Below, one piece after another: positions 36,836 to 48,985 of a stretch of DNA of 64,000 nt (position 1 is the first letter of the stretch; each line of letters starts with the position of its first letter). The stretch is from Mobula hypostoma. Taxonomy: Eukaryota. The notes beneath the pieces were generated by a model. It was not told the origin of the DNA, ran no database searches, and saw only the letters and a program-made list of their open reading frames with translations. The DNA is taken from contig NC_086097.1 in NCBI RefSeq assembly GCF_963921235.1, positions 121,646,001 through 121,710,000 of the forward strand, in the 5' to 3' direction. The position numbers and the translations under genes are program-made.

Positions 36836-37397
36836 CAGTCAGTGGTTACTTTAGTAAGTGAATCTGGCCTGTTCGTTAATACGAGTATCTAATCAGGCAA
36901 TCACATTGCAGAAGCTCAATGTATAGCTGCATGCAAGCATTATCAAAGTGCTTCAGTTATTGTTCAGACCAAACAGCAGAATGGGGAAGAAATGTGATCT
37001 AAATGACTCTAATCATGGAATGATTGTTGGTGGTAGACAGGGATGGTTTGAGCATCTCAGAAACTGCTGAATTCCTGGACATTTCACACACAACAATGTC
37101 TAGTGTTTACAGAGAATTATGAAAAAAATACAGTTAGCAGCAGTTCTGTGGGCAAAAAAAAACCTTGTTAATGAAAGAGGTCAGAAGAGAATGGCGAGGC
37201 TGCTTCAAACTGACAGGAAGATGGCAGTAACTCAAATACTCACGTTACAACAGTGGTATGTAGAAGAGCATCTCTGAACACACGGCACATTGAACCTTAA
37301 AGTGAATGGGCTACAGCAGCAGAAGACCACAAAGAGACAGTATACTCAGTGCCCACTTTATTCAGTACAGGAGGTTCCTAATAAAGTGGCCACAGTG
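36836..37397 (+). mobile_element. Internally deleted Tc1/mariner element
   Basis: TA-flanked; MGKKCDLNDSNHGMIVG remnant; cctaataaagtggccac TIR. Confidence 0.85.
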
Positions 37398-38448
37398 TAT
37401 ATATGGTCATGAGGTTTAAAAGAGCATAACATTATGTGGATTTGTTTTAATCAGTTTGCAAACTTGTCTGACCAAAGTTAACAACTTCAAGAAAATTATA
37501 ACAGAAGAACATTTGGAGATCAATTGCTTAACAGATCTAGGGTTTTGTTGGGGTAGAGACAGGCATTGTGTTGTACATTGACCATGAAAGGTTCCTTGTG
37601 TGAGATGTAGTGGTCCAAGAAGAATGGCATTTCAACAAAACCATGAAAACTTCCTGTTACTGTTTCCAGTTGGCCCTCATCGTCCATCTGCCCACCATCT
37701 CCTTCTCCTTGAATTTCTCAAGCCACCTCCCCTGAAATTAAACTTCCTGTCCAAGGTCTGGCATCTTTCCCTCCATCATTATCTGTAGTGTACTACAAGC
37801 CAAATCCCAGACCCCAAATGGGCCTCTAATGTTCAGATAACCACTCACTCCACTCCCAAAGCCATGACTTGGTCTCCAGAGTTGCCAATGCCACCTCCAC
37901 CACCTCAATGCAATTTCATTTCCAAATGCTCATCCTATTCCTCTCTCAACCTTGATTTTACATGCCATTTCTTCCTTACTGTGCTCTGTAGTGAAAAAGG
38001 AAAACACAGATATGTGCATCACTGAAGTTTGCCGTTGTAGACTCCTCACTGAAAAGGTCAATGGTGCACAATATTTCTTCTTATTCAGCATTCAGTTTTC
38101 AGCCTACTGTCAGTAATTTCTATTCATCTGTGTCATGCAACAATGCTGCAGTTCAGAGTGTCAGAGTCTCAGATGCTTAAGCTTTATAACCCTCAAGAAT
38201 TAATATTTGGGGACTCTTTTCATGCACTATTTTCTTTGGCACCATTAATAGTAGATTAAATAACTGAGTATAGTTACCTTTCAAACAGTTCTGGAGAAGC
38301 TATGTTCTTTTTCTACTATAATAAATTATAATTGTTGAGGTTGTCTTCACTTAAGCGTGGTTGCTCTCGTTTGTCTCCTAGCAAAACAAACATCACCATC
38401 ATCATATTCATTTTCACAATTTAAAATTGAAATGAATGTTACTTACAG

Positions 38449-38518
38449 GCGAAGGTGACACTGAAAAATCCATCAATCAAGAGGAGAGTGGATGAAGCTT
38501 ATTTAGCAGTTAAAAAGT
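38449..38518 (+). CDS. RTTN: Rotatin coding exon 9 in window
   Basis: acttacag|GCG...AAGT|gtaagt; 70 nt; AKVTLKNPSIKRRVDEAYLAVKK. Confidence 0.95.
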
Positions 38519-39049
38519 GTAAGTATTAGAAAGAATGGGAAATTTGTCTGAAATATATAATTTAGTGTGTATATTTAATTGCTAACACCTGACAAAAGAG
38601 TTTGTTGCAAGGAGTTTATTCTTCCATTGAAGATAACATCTAGGGGTGCTATTAAAAATTCTAAAGTTCAAGCTCTTCTATAATTGTTCTGTCAACAGAT
38701 GGAACTTATTGGAAGTCAGACTGAGGAGCCCATAAAAAGATGAAATTAACTTGATGAAGGTGCTTTAATCAGCTCAATCTATCAGTTTGACTATAGAAGT
38801 GAATCCATTATTTATTTTCCCAAATTTGAGGTACATAAGCTGCATCATTTGTGAAGAAAAAGACATCCTGAGATTTTAGGAAGCATCTTTTTCGGAAATT
38901 AAGTCAGAATTAATATAGTTTTAGATTCATGCAGACTATTGGTGTGTTCTTCATGTCAATAAGAGCAAGTGCACCTCAACGTCCATATTGCTCAGACCAC
39001 ACAGCATGCTGACAACATCTAGTCTGTTATCTTTCTCTCCAGCCCAACC

Positions 39050-41290
39050 TGGAGCCAGGCACCTTTTTGACAACAGAGACATGCGGCACATGTGGGAGGG
39101 TATTCAAACCGTAACAGATTACAGGACCACCCTATGATTCAATTACAGTGATGCCTTCCTTCCTGATAGACCGAATGCCTTCTATGTGCAATTTGATGCA
39201 TTGAATGATGTGACATTGAGGAAAGCTCCATTTTCACCTGAGGGACAGACACCCTCTCTGGACACAGCTGAGGTGAGGACCATCCTAGCCAAAGTAATCC
39301 GACCAAAGGTGTGGGGCTGGACAACATATCTGGCTGTGTGCTGAGTGGCTACAAATCAGCTAACAGAAAAATTAATGGACATCCTCAACATCTCTTTGCA
39401 ACAGTCCATTGTCCCTGCAGGCTTCAAGGTAGCCACCAGTGTCCAAGAGATTACTGCACAGTAGCACTGACTTCAACAATCATGAAGTGCTTTGAACAGC
39501 TAATAATAGATCATATAAAATGCCATCTTCCTGCTACATTGAACCCTTTCCTGTTCGCCTACCACTCCAACCGGTGCACTGATGATGCCATAGCCTTGGC
39601 CCTCCACTCTGTCTTGTCCCATCTAGAAAATGATGCCTCATATGTCAAGATGCTGTTCAACTTCAGCTCGGTGTTTAACACAATCATCCCTCAGAGGCTG
39701 GTGGGTAAACTGTCCTCATTTGGGCTCAGTGCCCTTCTCTGTAACTGCATCTTGAACTTCTTAATGGAACGGCCCCAGTTAGTGTGAGGTGGCAGTAACA
39801 TCTCGCTGAGCACTGGTACCCCCAAGGCTGTGTGCTCAGCCCATTGCCGTTCACATTGCCTACTCACGACTGCACTGCCAGATTCAGCTCAAGCGGCATC
39901 ATCAAGTTTGCTGATGATACTAACAGTAGTTGGCCTCATCAGCAACAGTGATGAGTTGGCAGACAGAAAGGAGGTTGAGAGGCTTGTCAGATAGTGCACG
40001 AACAACCTGAGTCTCAACGTGGACAGAACAAAAGATGATTATGGACTTCAGGAAGGCATAGGTCAACCACTCTGCATCGCACATCAATGTCTCTGCTGTG
40101 GAGAGGGTGAAGATGGCGGCGTGACGCAGCTCGCAGCAGCCACTCTGCTGGTGATGTCTGTTATTTGTCAAGTAGGGTGCCGTGCACAATCCTGATTTGA
40201 TGGAGACAGACGTGAGAGCACGGAGGAACATCTGGTGAAACTTCTGAAATGCCTGCTTAGCTGCTGCTGCTACGGTGTGGTCCAGAATCTCCGGAGGAGA
40301 AGGTCCCAAGTCCTCGGCTTTGCTTGTTGCTCAGCGGCCAGGGCAGGGTTAAAGTGCTTGACAGAGGATGGTGCTCGGCGAGGCTGGTCAGAGGCTCGAA
40401 GTTTTCGGATGGACTCAGAGTCCGCTGCGGTTGAGTGCTTCCAATGGTGCTGCATCAGCGAGTTGGCGGTGCTTGGAGGTTCATGGCAGGGAGAGTTCCT
40501 CCCTTCTGCTGCCTGCGTGAGATGATGAGTCTATCGGGACTTTGAGACTTTTTTTTCCGTGCCCATGGTCTGCTCTTTATCAAATTACGGTATTGCTTTG
40601 CACTGTTGTAACAATATATTATAATTATGTGGTTTTGTCAGTTTTAGTCTTGGTTTGTCCTGTGTTTTTCTTGTGATATCATTCTGGAGGAACGTTGTAT
40701 CATTTTTTAATGCATGCATTTCTAAATGACAATAAACGAGAACTGAAGAGCACAAAGTTCCTTGATGTGCACATAACAGACAGTCTAACCTGGATCCACA
40801 ACCCATTCTCACTAGTCAAGATGGCACAGCAGCGTCTACATTTTCTGAGGAGACTGAGGTGTACACAACGTCCAGCCCCCATTCTAACAACTTTCTACAG
40901 GAGCAACATTGCGAGTATCCTGTCTCGCTGCATCATCCTGTGATACAGAGGCTGCAAGGCATCAGACTACAAGACCCTTCAGAGGATAGTTAGAACTGCT
41001 GTGCGGATCATTGGGGTCTTCCTTCCCCCTATTTGTGACATTTACTGGAGCGTTGCAGACAAAGGACCCAAAGCATTTTGAGGATCGCTACCACCCATCC
41101 CACAATCTCTTTGACCCACTACCATCAGGAAGGACTGGGTAACAGCTTCTCCCCTCAAGCTGACACCACCGAGATCTCATTAGGTCAATTACTGTATACT
41201 GTACTGTTTACCTGCGCTGTGTGTGTTATATGTTTTGAGGGTGCAACGTGGTTCACTGTATGTATGTACAGTCTGATAACAATAAACTTG
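39050..41290 (+). mobile_element. Rex1/Babar-type LINE RT fragment, interrupted by an insertion at 40110-40743
   Basis: VALTSTIMKCFEQL, FAYHSNRCTDDAI, FSSVFNTIIP, IIKFADDT, AQQRLHFLRRL. Confidence 0.88.
40110..40743 (+). mobile_element. ~635-bp non-coding interspersed element (unclassified non-autonomous retroelement)
   Basis: Second copy at 61860-62490 (-); starts aagatggcggcg, ends aatgacaataaacgagaac; flanked by a tgaaga duplication (40108-40113, 40744-40749). Confidence 0.8.
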
Positions 41291-41811
41291 AACATGGCAT
41301 CTCCAATCATGCTGCTCAGCTTGGCTTACCTCCATCTGGCCATCTAATCTTTAACTCTCCAACTACCTGAAATGCAGCTTTCATTTTATGAAGGTTTACA
41401 ACCGTCTCTATCATGCAGGCATCAAGCACATTCAGCAATTAACTAAACACATCAAAAGAGCTTCTTGCAATCATCACATCATCAGTGCAGATACTGCATT
41501 TAGACCACTCCAGAAAATAGATCCTTGCAAGTTTCAATAATTTGATGATTCTCTCATGTCCACATCTCATTTATCATTCCAAATAATAATATGAAGTCAG
41601 TGGCTCCATTTTCCTTGCACAGTAAAGATCGAAGCATAGTACAGTTAATCAGCATAATCCTTGTCAGATCTTTAGAGTGTCACTGATGAAAATTAGGAGC
41701 AAATCTAAAGACCATCTCCCAAGCGTGAGAGATATTTGAAGGATATTCAAGCATTTAGGGTCACTGGTTGGAGCCTTTATTTCTCTTGGAAACCAGTTTG
41801 TAAATTGATGG

Positions 41812-41897
41812 CAAACAAGAGAAAATCTGCAGAAGCTGGAAATCTAAACAACAAACACAAAATGCTGAGTTCCTCCAGCATTTTGTGTGTATGTTGC
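41812..41897. mobile_element. PLE-derived palindromic mini-element (86 bp)
   Basis: cacaaaatgctg...cagcattttgtg arms; 14-bp TSD ttgtaaattgatgg at 41798-41811 and 41898-41911. Confidence 0.85.
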
Positions 41898-42355
41898 TTG
41901 TAAATTGATGGGCAACGTTAAGAGGAAATGCGTGTGAGGACAGGCTTGTGGGGCAGCCTGTCAGGCAAACAAAAATTGTAAGCTCCAACCCAGCAAAAGA
42001 GAGATCCTTGGGTCAGAATTGAGTGACTAAATAAGTGGGGGAAAATAAAAAAATTAACTTCAAGTACAGGGTACATGGAAGTGGGAAGAGACTCTCATTG
42101 ATTAAAGTTTATTTATAAAACAACAAAAAGTTTATAATCAATGATAGGACACTATTTCAACACAGATCCAGATTGCTATTGTAATTCCAGCACTGATAAC
42201 TCTGATAGTTGAAATAATTCTTACCCTTTATGTTGTCAAACTATTTACATTATCTGACACGCATTCCATTTAAAAAAATCTTAGTTCTCTACATTTTAAA
42301 TAAGGAAATCATTATTGACTTGGTGTTTTTTCTGGTAGCAATCTGAATCTGAAAT

Positions 42356-42527
42356 AATACACGCAAAATGCTGAGGAAACCCTGCAGGTGAGGCACCATC
42401 AGTGGAGAAGAATAAGCAGTCGATGTTTATTCCAATGCAGATGCTGCCTGACTTGCTGAGTTCCTCCAGCTTTTTGTGTGTTATTCTGGATTTCCAGTAT
42501 CTGCAGAATCTCTTGTGTTTATGAATT
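42356..42527. mobile_element. PLE-derived palindromic mini-element
   Basis: Opposed pLTR ends; TSD tgaatctgaaat at 42344-42355 and 42528-42539. Confidence 0.8.
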
Positions 42528-43254
42528 TGAATCTGAAATTCAGTTACTAGTAAATTCTAGCATTTATGGTTTGTTGAAAAAAATCAATCATCATTTATTC
42601 AAACAGAACAAGTTTATGTGAATGTACCTTTGGTGGTGATTTGAGTTGTAATTCTGGTCTTCATATAAAAAAAATTGGCAAGGTCTGTAAATTGTAAAAC
42701 AGATTTATTAGAGGGAAACAGACATGCAATAGCAAAATCATGCACCATTTTATATTATTTCTGAGAAATATTGAACTTGCATTCTTTCCTGAAATCCAAA
42801 CGAGACTAGCTTAGAAATTCAATTACAAATTTCGAACTTTGTGCAGAAGCTCTTATACAGGAAATTCTTCTGGCCAGGAGGTCACAACTTGCCCCCTCCT
42901 ATGTGTAACACCACGATTCGTCATCTTAAGCCCATCAGCCCTGTGGCTTTGGGCTTTCACCACACAACTTCATGCCTCTAGGCAAAGACCTTTCCTCTCC
43001 AAGGGATGAAGTTTTTGGAGCTTCTGTAGCATTGGGTTTTTACACAGCTGGGCTTGGGACCATCCATGGGGGAGAAACCGCAGAATGCTACAAATATAAA
43101 CTGACAGGGAGAGCCCCAATACCTGGCCTGCTAGACATTTTATTCTATCAGCCTGCAGCTAAATTATGTAGCCTTCCCTCGTATGAATAAACCAATTTGT
43201 ATTACCGAAGAAAAAAACAATCAACTATCTTTGCGTAGATCAATGTTCATAGTA

Positions 43255-43540
43255 AGATTTATTTATTTAGAGATAGATCACAGAATAGCCCAGCCCAACA
43301 GACTGCAACACCTAGCAACCCACATATTTAACCCTAGCCTAATTACAGGACAATGTACAATCACCAATTAAGCTTCTGACCAGTATATCCTAGGACTGTG
43401 CAAGGAAACCAGCGGAGGAAACACATGTGGTCACAGGGAAAACATACAAACTTCTTTTTGATGGCGCCAGAACTGAACTCCAAACTCCAACACCCACAGC
43501 TATAATAGCATTGCACTACCTGCTGCACTACTGTGGCACC
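43255..43540 (-). mobile_element. tRNA-derived SINE
   Basis: Family of 63375-63645 in reverse (aaccctagcctaat...ggacaat; gcactactgtggcacc head). Confidence 0.7.
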
Positions 43541-43995
43541 TATTTAGATTCAAATCCCAAGGGTAGCCTCCAAGTCTTTCTCTAGCAAACCAAGGTGCTG
43601 AACTATCAGTCATGGAGACTGAATGAGGGCCACATTATTTGTAGTCCATTTGCCATTCTAATGTAGTTCTTAACGGCCCTGGGGCCTGTGAGTTGTAGCT
43701 GAATCCACTATTCACAATTGCTCCCCATCAACAAAAAGATTTTATAAACTTCGAAATGTGAATTATAATTATCCCTTACTCATCGCAGTTGTATTGTGTG
43801 ATTCTAAACTTTAGAAAGAGGTGGGTGTTAGTGGTTATTACTACCATCGAAATGTAAGTTTTTTTTCCGTTAAGCTGAGGCATGTACCAAAACCAGTGAG
43901 ACTGATAATTATTTAATTGAATAAATACATGTACAGCTAATGTTGTGTATTTGTATAAAAGTCAATTTTTAATATATATGCAAATTACTTTCCAG

Positions 43996-44069
43996 GTCTA
44001 CCTGAAGGTCCCCTAAATGTTTATCTTTTGAGGTGTCTGGAAAATCTTGCAGTCCTACTGACCAGTTAA
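43996..44069 (+). CDS. RTTN: Rotatin terminal coding exon
   Basis: actttccag|GT; (C)LPEGPLNVYLLRCLENLAVLLTS*, TAA at 44067-44069; matches the remembered RTTN C-terminus [20 protein letters not shown]. Confidence 0.93.
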
Positions 44070-44166
44070 TAATTTACCTAAATGTGTGAGCATTTTATTA
44101 TGAAGTGAAGTGCAATCTTGCTGTAAATCATCTGTATGTTTCATTGAAATTCTAATTTATTTTGGT

Positions 44167-44172
44167 AATAAA
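44167..44172 (+). terminator. Probable polyadenylation signal of RTTN
   Basis: AATAAA ~100 nt after the stop, followed by T/GT-rich sequence (ttttttggttgt...gtgttgctttg). Confidence 0.7.
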
Positions 44173-44427
44173 ATTTTTTTGGTTGTATTCACCAGTGTTG
44201 CTTTGACTTTTCTGGTGCCTTATGTGCCTTATGAAATGCAAGGATATCATGGATGCAGCATTGAACCAACAAAAGTCAACATTTAATCAATTGAGCTCAA
44301 CCAGAGGTGCAATAGAGGTTACAAAATTGGCCTTTGTTGGAGATGGAAGAGAAAATCAGGCTTTTTTTTGACATAAACATTGTTGGGGCTGACTCCTGTT
44401 ACGGTTGTATCAGGTGCCCTTTGAATA

Positions 44428-44570
44428 GGAATCTGACAGAAAGGTGACAGTAACTTGAATACCACATGTACAATAGGGGTGTGCAGAAGAGCATTTTTGA
44501 ACGCACATGTCAAACTTTGACGTGAATGCACTACAGCAGCAGAACACCGTGGCCACAGTAGGTTATCTGT
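44428..44570 (+). mobile_element. Tc1 remnant
   Basis: ctgacagaaaggtgacagtaact...ctacagcagcagaa, as in 10140-10255. Confidence 0.6.
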
Positions 44571-45439
44571 GAATACCTCGAGCAAGTAAATGGCATTGCC
44601 ACAGGCCCTTTGGCTCATTGTATCTGTTGCAACTGTGATCTGACTCACTGGAGACTTGGAAACTAACAGATACAAAGATTTTTATTCATCATGACAGGCA
44701 CCCTCTCAGTAGTCTTTGAACTCAAAAGTACATCTTTTTTATACACTCTTAACAAAAAGTAACAGCAGATGAGCTAAATACAATGTCAATATCTACTCAC
44801 TTTGAATCTGACAAATACAACGGTTGAATTACATTATCAAAAATGTAAGGGCACTGTATCTGACAAGACACTCCTAAGTGTTCAAACATCTTTGCTGGGA
44901 CAAAATAATTCACATGGATGTGGATGGTCTAAAAGCTTCTGAGGACAGATTTCAGAAACTCAAAATTATTGCTGTGAGGGCTGACTCTTTGGCTATGCAA
45001 ACATCCCAATTATTGATATACAGCATACATGCTTATGGTCGATGTGATAGGTGACAATGTCAGTGTGGTCCAGAAGCTTCCTTGATCTCTATATAATGAT
45101 GCGAAGTAACCTAGCTGCTGCCTGATGCCTAGTTTGATATGGGAGAATTAATATAGCCCCAGTTTCTTACATTTCACTAATGCAGATGAGTGCATCTTGT
45201 CACAGCAGTTTCCACGCCATATCTCATGATCAGCCTCCCGCTGTGGTCAGTAGCCTGTGCTCTGGATAACACTGTTGTGCTTATAATTTTAAACTGATTG
45301 CTGCCTGCAATTTACTTTAAAACCGGTTTCCTGAAGACTACTTCTCATTTGAATTAACACCTGCTATATCCACGTAATTCCGTAAATCATGAATCCCTAA
45401 TAATATTCAGGTTGGCCATAAAGCACTGGTACACATAAT

Positions 45440-47212
45440 CAGAATCAGGTTTGTTATCACTGATGTATGTCATGAAATGTGTTGCTATGTGGCAGCAGTA
45501 CAGTGCAAGACATAAAAATTACTATAAATTACAAAAAAGTGTAAAAAAGGAATAGCAAGATAGTGTTCATGAACCATTCAGAAATCTGATGGGAGAGGCA
45601 AAGAAGCTGTTCCTAAATTACTGAGTGTGTGTCATCAGTATTAATGACAAGAGGGTATGTCCCAGATGGTTGGGGTTCTTAATGATGAATGCCACCTTCT
45701 TGTGGCACTGCCTTTTGAAGATGTCCTCGATATGGAAGGTTGCGCCTGTGATGGAGCTGGCTGAGCTAACAACCCTCCACAGCCTCTTTTGATCCTGTGC
45801 ATTGGAGACTGCAGATCAGGCAGTGATGCAGTCTGTCAGAAAGGTCTCCACCTGATATTTGTAGGAATCTGCTAGATTTTTTTGGTGACCATACAAAATC
45901 TGCTCAAACCCTTGGCTGAAGTAGAGCGACTGGCATTCTGTCTTCATAATTGCATCGAATTGTTGGGCCCAGGATGGATCCTCTAAGATGTTGGCACCCA
46001 GGAACTTAAAGGTGTTCACCCTTTCTAAATTTAACCCCTCAAAATAGACTAGTGTGTGTTCTCTCAACCTCCCCTCCCTGAGGTCCACTGTCAATTCCTT
46101 GCTTTTACTGATGTTGAGAGCAAGGTTGTTAATGTGACACCATTCAAGCAGCCGATCTGTCTCAGTTCTGTACACCACCTCATCACCATCCGAGATTCTG
46201 CCAACAACAGTGGATGTGTAGACAACAGTTCAGCTGCGCCTAGCCCCACACAGAGTGTAGAGCGAGCTGAGCATGCATCCTTGAGGTACGCTGGTGCTGA
46301 CTGTTAGTGAGAAGGAAATGTAATTTCTCACTGAGGAAGTCAAGGATCTAGTTGCAGAGGCCTATTTTTCAAAGCTTGTTGACTAGTAGTGATGGAGTGA
46401 AGGTGTTGAACACCGAGCTGTAATTGATAAACAGCAGCCTGACATAAATATTGCTGTGTCCAGGTCCTCTTAAGACCAAGTGCAGAGCCACCATGGGCCT
46501 GTTGTGGCAGTAAGCAAATTGCAGCAGGTCTGGGTCCTTCCTCAGGCAGGAGTTAATTCTCGCCAAGACCAACCTCTCAAAGCACTTAATCACAGTAACG
46601 TGACTGCTGCTGGGTGATGGTCATTGAGGCAACTCACCCTTCTCTTCAAAAAGACACCAGTATGATCGATGCCTTGTGAGGCTGGTGAGAATCTCCAACT
46701 GCAGCTGCAGGAGGTTGAAGATGTCCCTGTATGCTCCAGCCAGTTGGTTGGCACAGCTTTCCAGCACCCGGCCAGATACCGTCTGTAGCATATTCATTCA
46801 GATCCAAAGTTGAATACCTGAATATGGTCCAGTCCAGTAAACCCTCCTGAGTTTCCCTTGAACATAAGGTCACAGTCCACACCACTGGTATTACAGTCCT
46901 CAGTCTTTACTTGTATACCAAGAGTATAAGTACGGCCAGGTGCACTTGATAGCATGGCAAGCGTTCTTGATGGTGGTATAACACTGATCAAGTGTGTTGG
47001 CTCCTCTGGTTCCACAGGTGACATGTTGGTCATAGTTTGTCAGAGACTTTTTCAGGCTGGCCCCATTGAAGTCCCCCGCAATGTTTGGGAAGGGATTAGG
47101 CCGATGCTGTATCATGACTGTTAATCACAGTGCTCAGCTCCTCCAGTTACAGTTGATGTTTGCCAATAGTAGAATGTACACTAACTAGGATGATGACAGA
47201 GAGCTTTATCAG
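45440..47212 (-). mobile_element. Rex1/Babar-type LINE, decayed (APE + RT)
   Basis: IAGDFN...HVTCGTRGANTLDQCYT (APE); IKCFERLV...QFAY (RT); tail aataaacctgattctgatt-like at 45440. Confidence 0.85.
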
Positions 47213-47227
47213 CATTGACAATATTTA

Positions 47228-48000
47228 GACCATAAGACATAGGAACAGAATTAGGCCATTCAGCCAATTGAGTCTGCTCTGCCATTTCATCGTGGCTAAT
47301 CCTGTATCCCATTCAGCTCCATGTTGTCCATTCTGTTGACTGATAAAGCTCTCTTCTATCATCCTAGTTAGTGTACATTCCACCAGATCCCTTGATGCAT
47401 CGACCAATGAGGAATCTGTCAACTTCTGCTTTGAATATATTCATAGACTTGGCCTTCACCGCTGTCTGTGGCAGAGCATACCACAGATTCACCACTCTTC
47501 AGCTAAAAAAATTCCTTCTCACTTCTGTTGTAAAAGGTCGCCACTCCATTTTGAGGCTGTGCCCTCTAGCTCTGGATACTCCCACCAGAGGAAACATCCT
47601 CGCCACATCCACCTTATCTAGTCCTTTCAACATTTGGTAGGTTTCAATGAGATTGCCACGCATTCTACTAAACTCCAGTGAATACAGGCCTAAAGCTGCC
47701 AAACACTCCTCATATGTTAACCCCTCCATTCCTGGAATCATCCTCATGGACCTCTTCTGGACTTTCTCCAATGACATCACATCCTTTTTGAGATAAAAGG
47801 CCCTGAACTGTTAACAATACTCCAAGTGCGGCCTGACTAATGTCTTATAAAACTTTAGCATTATCTTCTTGTTTTCATATTCTATTCCCCTTGAAATAAA
47901 TGCCAACATTGCATTTGCCTTCTTTATCACAGATGCAATTGCGAATTAACTTTCTGGAAGTCTTGCATGAGGACTCCCAAGTCCCTTTGCATCCCTGTTT
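47228..48000 (-). mobile_element. CR1 LINE 3' fragment
   Basis: LEKVQKRSMRMIPGM...LGLYSLEFSRMRGNLIETY...RRNFFS. Confidence 0.9.
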
Positions 48001-48199
48001 GAATTTTCTTTCCTGATGAATTTGATCAACAGATGTTCCAGTCACAGGAACAGGACTCAGACATAATCACACTTCTGTGCACCACGATGAGTTAATCATG
48101 AAGCAAATGCCGTCATCTCTGCCTTTATCTAATGCCGCTGTCTGGTCCCATATCATTCTTCCTACACCTCCAGATTCTACCACTCACCTACATATGCAA

Positions 48200-48400
48200 A
48201 GCAAATTACAGTGGCCAATTCATGCACCAACCAGCATGCCTTTGGTTTGTGGGAGGGAACTGGAGCATCTGGAAGAAATCTGTGCAGTCACCGGGAGAAA
48301 TGTGAAAATTCCACCCAGGCTGCACCAGCAGTATGGATTTATCCTGGGTCACTGAAACTGAGCAAACCATTCTACGAGCTGCAGCACTGTGCACCCTCGT
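48200..48400 (-). mobile_element. tRNA-derived SINE fragment
   Basis: tttgtgggagggaactggagcatctggaagaaat...gtcaccgggaga core in reverse. Confidence 0.6.
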
Positions 48401-48807
48401 GCTGCCTCACTTGTGGACTTGAGGCACCATGAAACTGCACTTCTGGGAGCAGAATTGAGAAGACTGCCGAGATTAGTGCAGTAAATAGCATTTATATGTT
48501 TGCACCTACAGTACGGTCGGGTGCCGGACGCTCGGAGAGATTCAGCGGTGGGGGGGACAGCCGCACGGTGCTCGGCCAGGGGCCGTGGTCGAGTGGTCAG
48601 CGACTTGGGCTGGCTCCCCCACCAGACTTAGTCTGGTGAGGAGAGTGTGAGAACACCCAGCAGGGCTAAAAAAAAAAGACCTGACAAAGGGCGGATGAGC
48701 TCCTTGTGAGTCAACGGCCATCTTCCGTGGAAGAGATTAAAGCCTCACCACGTATCTACAAATCGTATGCTATGCACTTAGTTAGAAGAGACATGATGAA
48801 CTTGGGC

Positions 48808-48985
48808 GCTGCACTGTGTGCCTGGACCTGCCCAAGGCCTCGGCCTAAGGAAGGGCTGAGCTCGAAGAAGCAGCCGCGGCTGGAGGCCGACACGGCCTCG
48901 GGCTCGAGTTCAGCGGGGGTGGCGGCAGGAGGTGCCAAGGCGGCCAGCGAGAACAAACTGGAGGAGAGGCTGTACTCGGTGCTGT
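48808..48985 (+). pseudogene. ZFTRAF1: Circularly permuted 178-bp fragment of CYHR1/ZFTRAF1-like coding sequence
   Basis: 48844-48985 encodes ...[12 protein letters not shown]+T and 48808-48843 encodes GC+[11 protein letters not shown]. Swapped, they give [22 protein letters not shown], the remembered CYHR1 RING-start motif. Confidence 0.85.
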
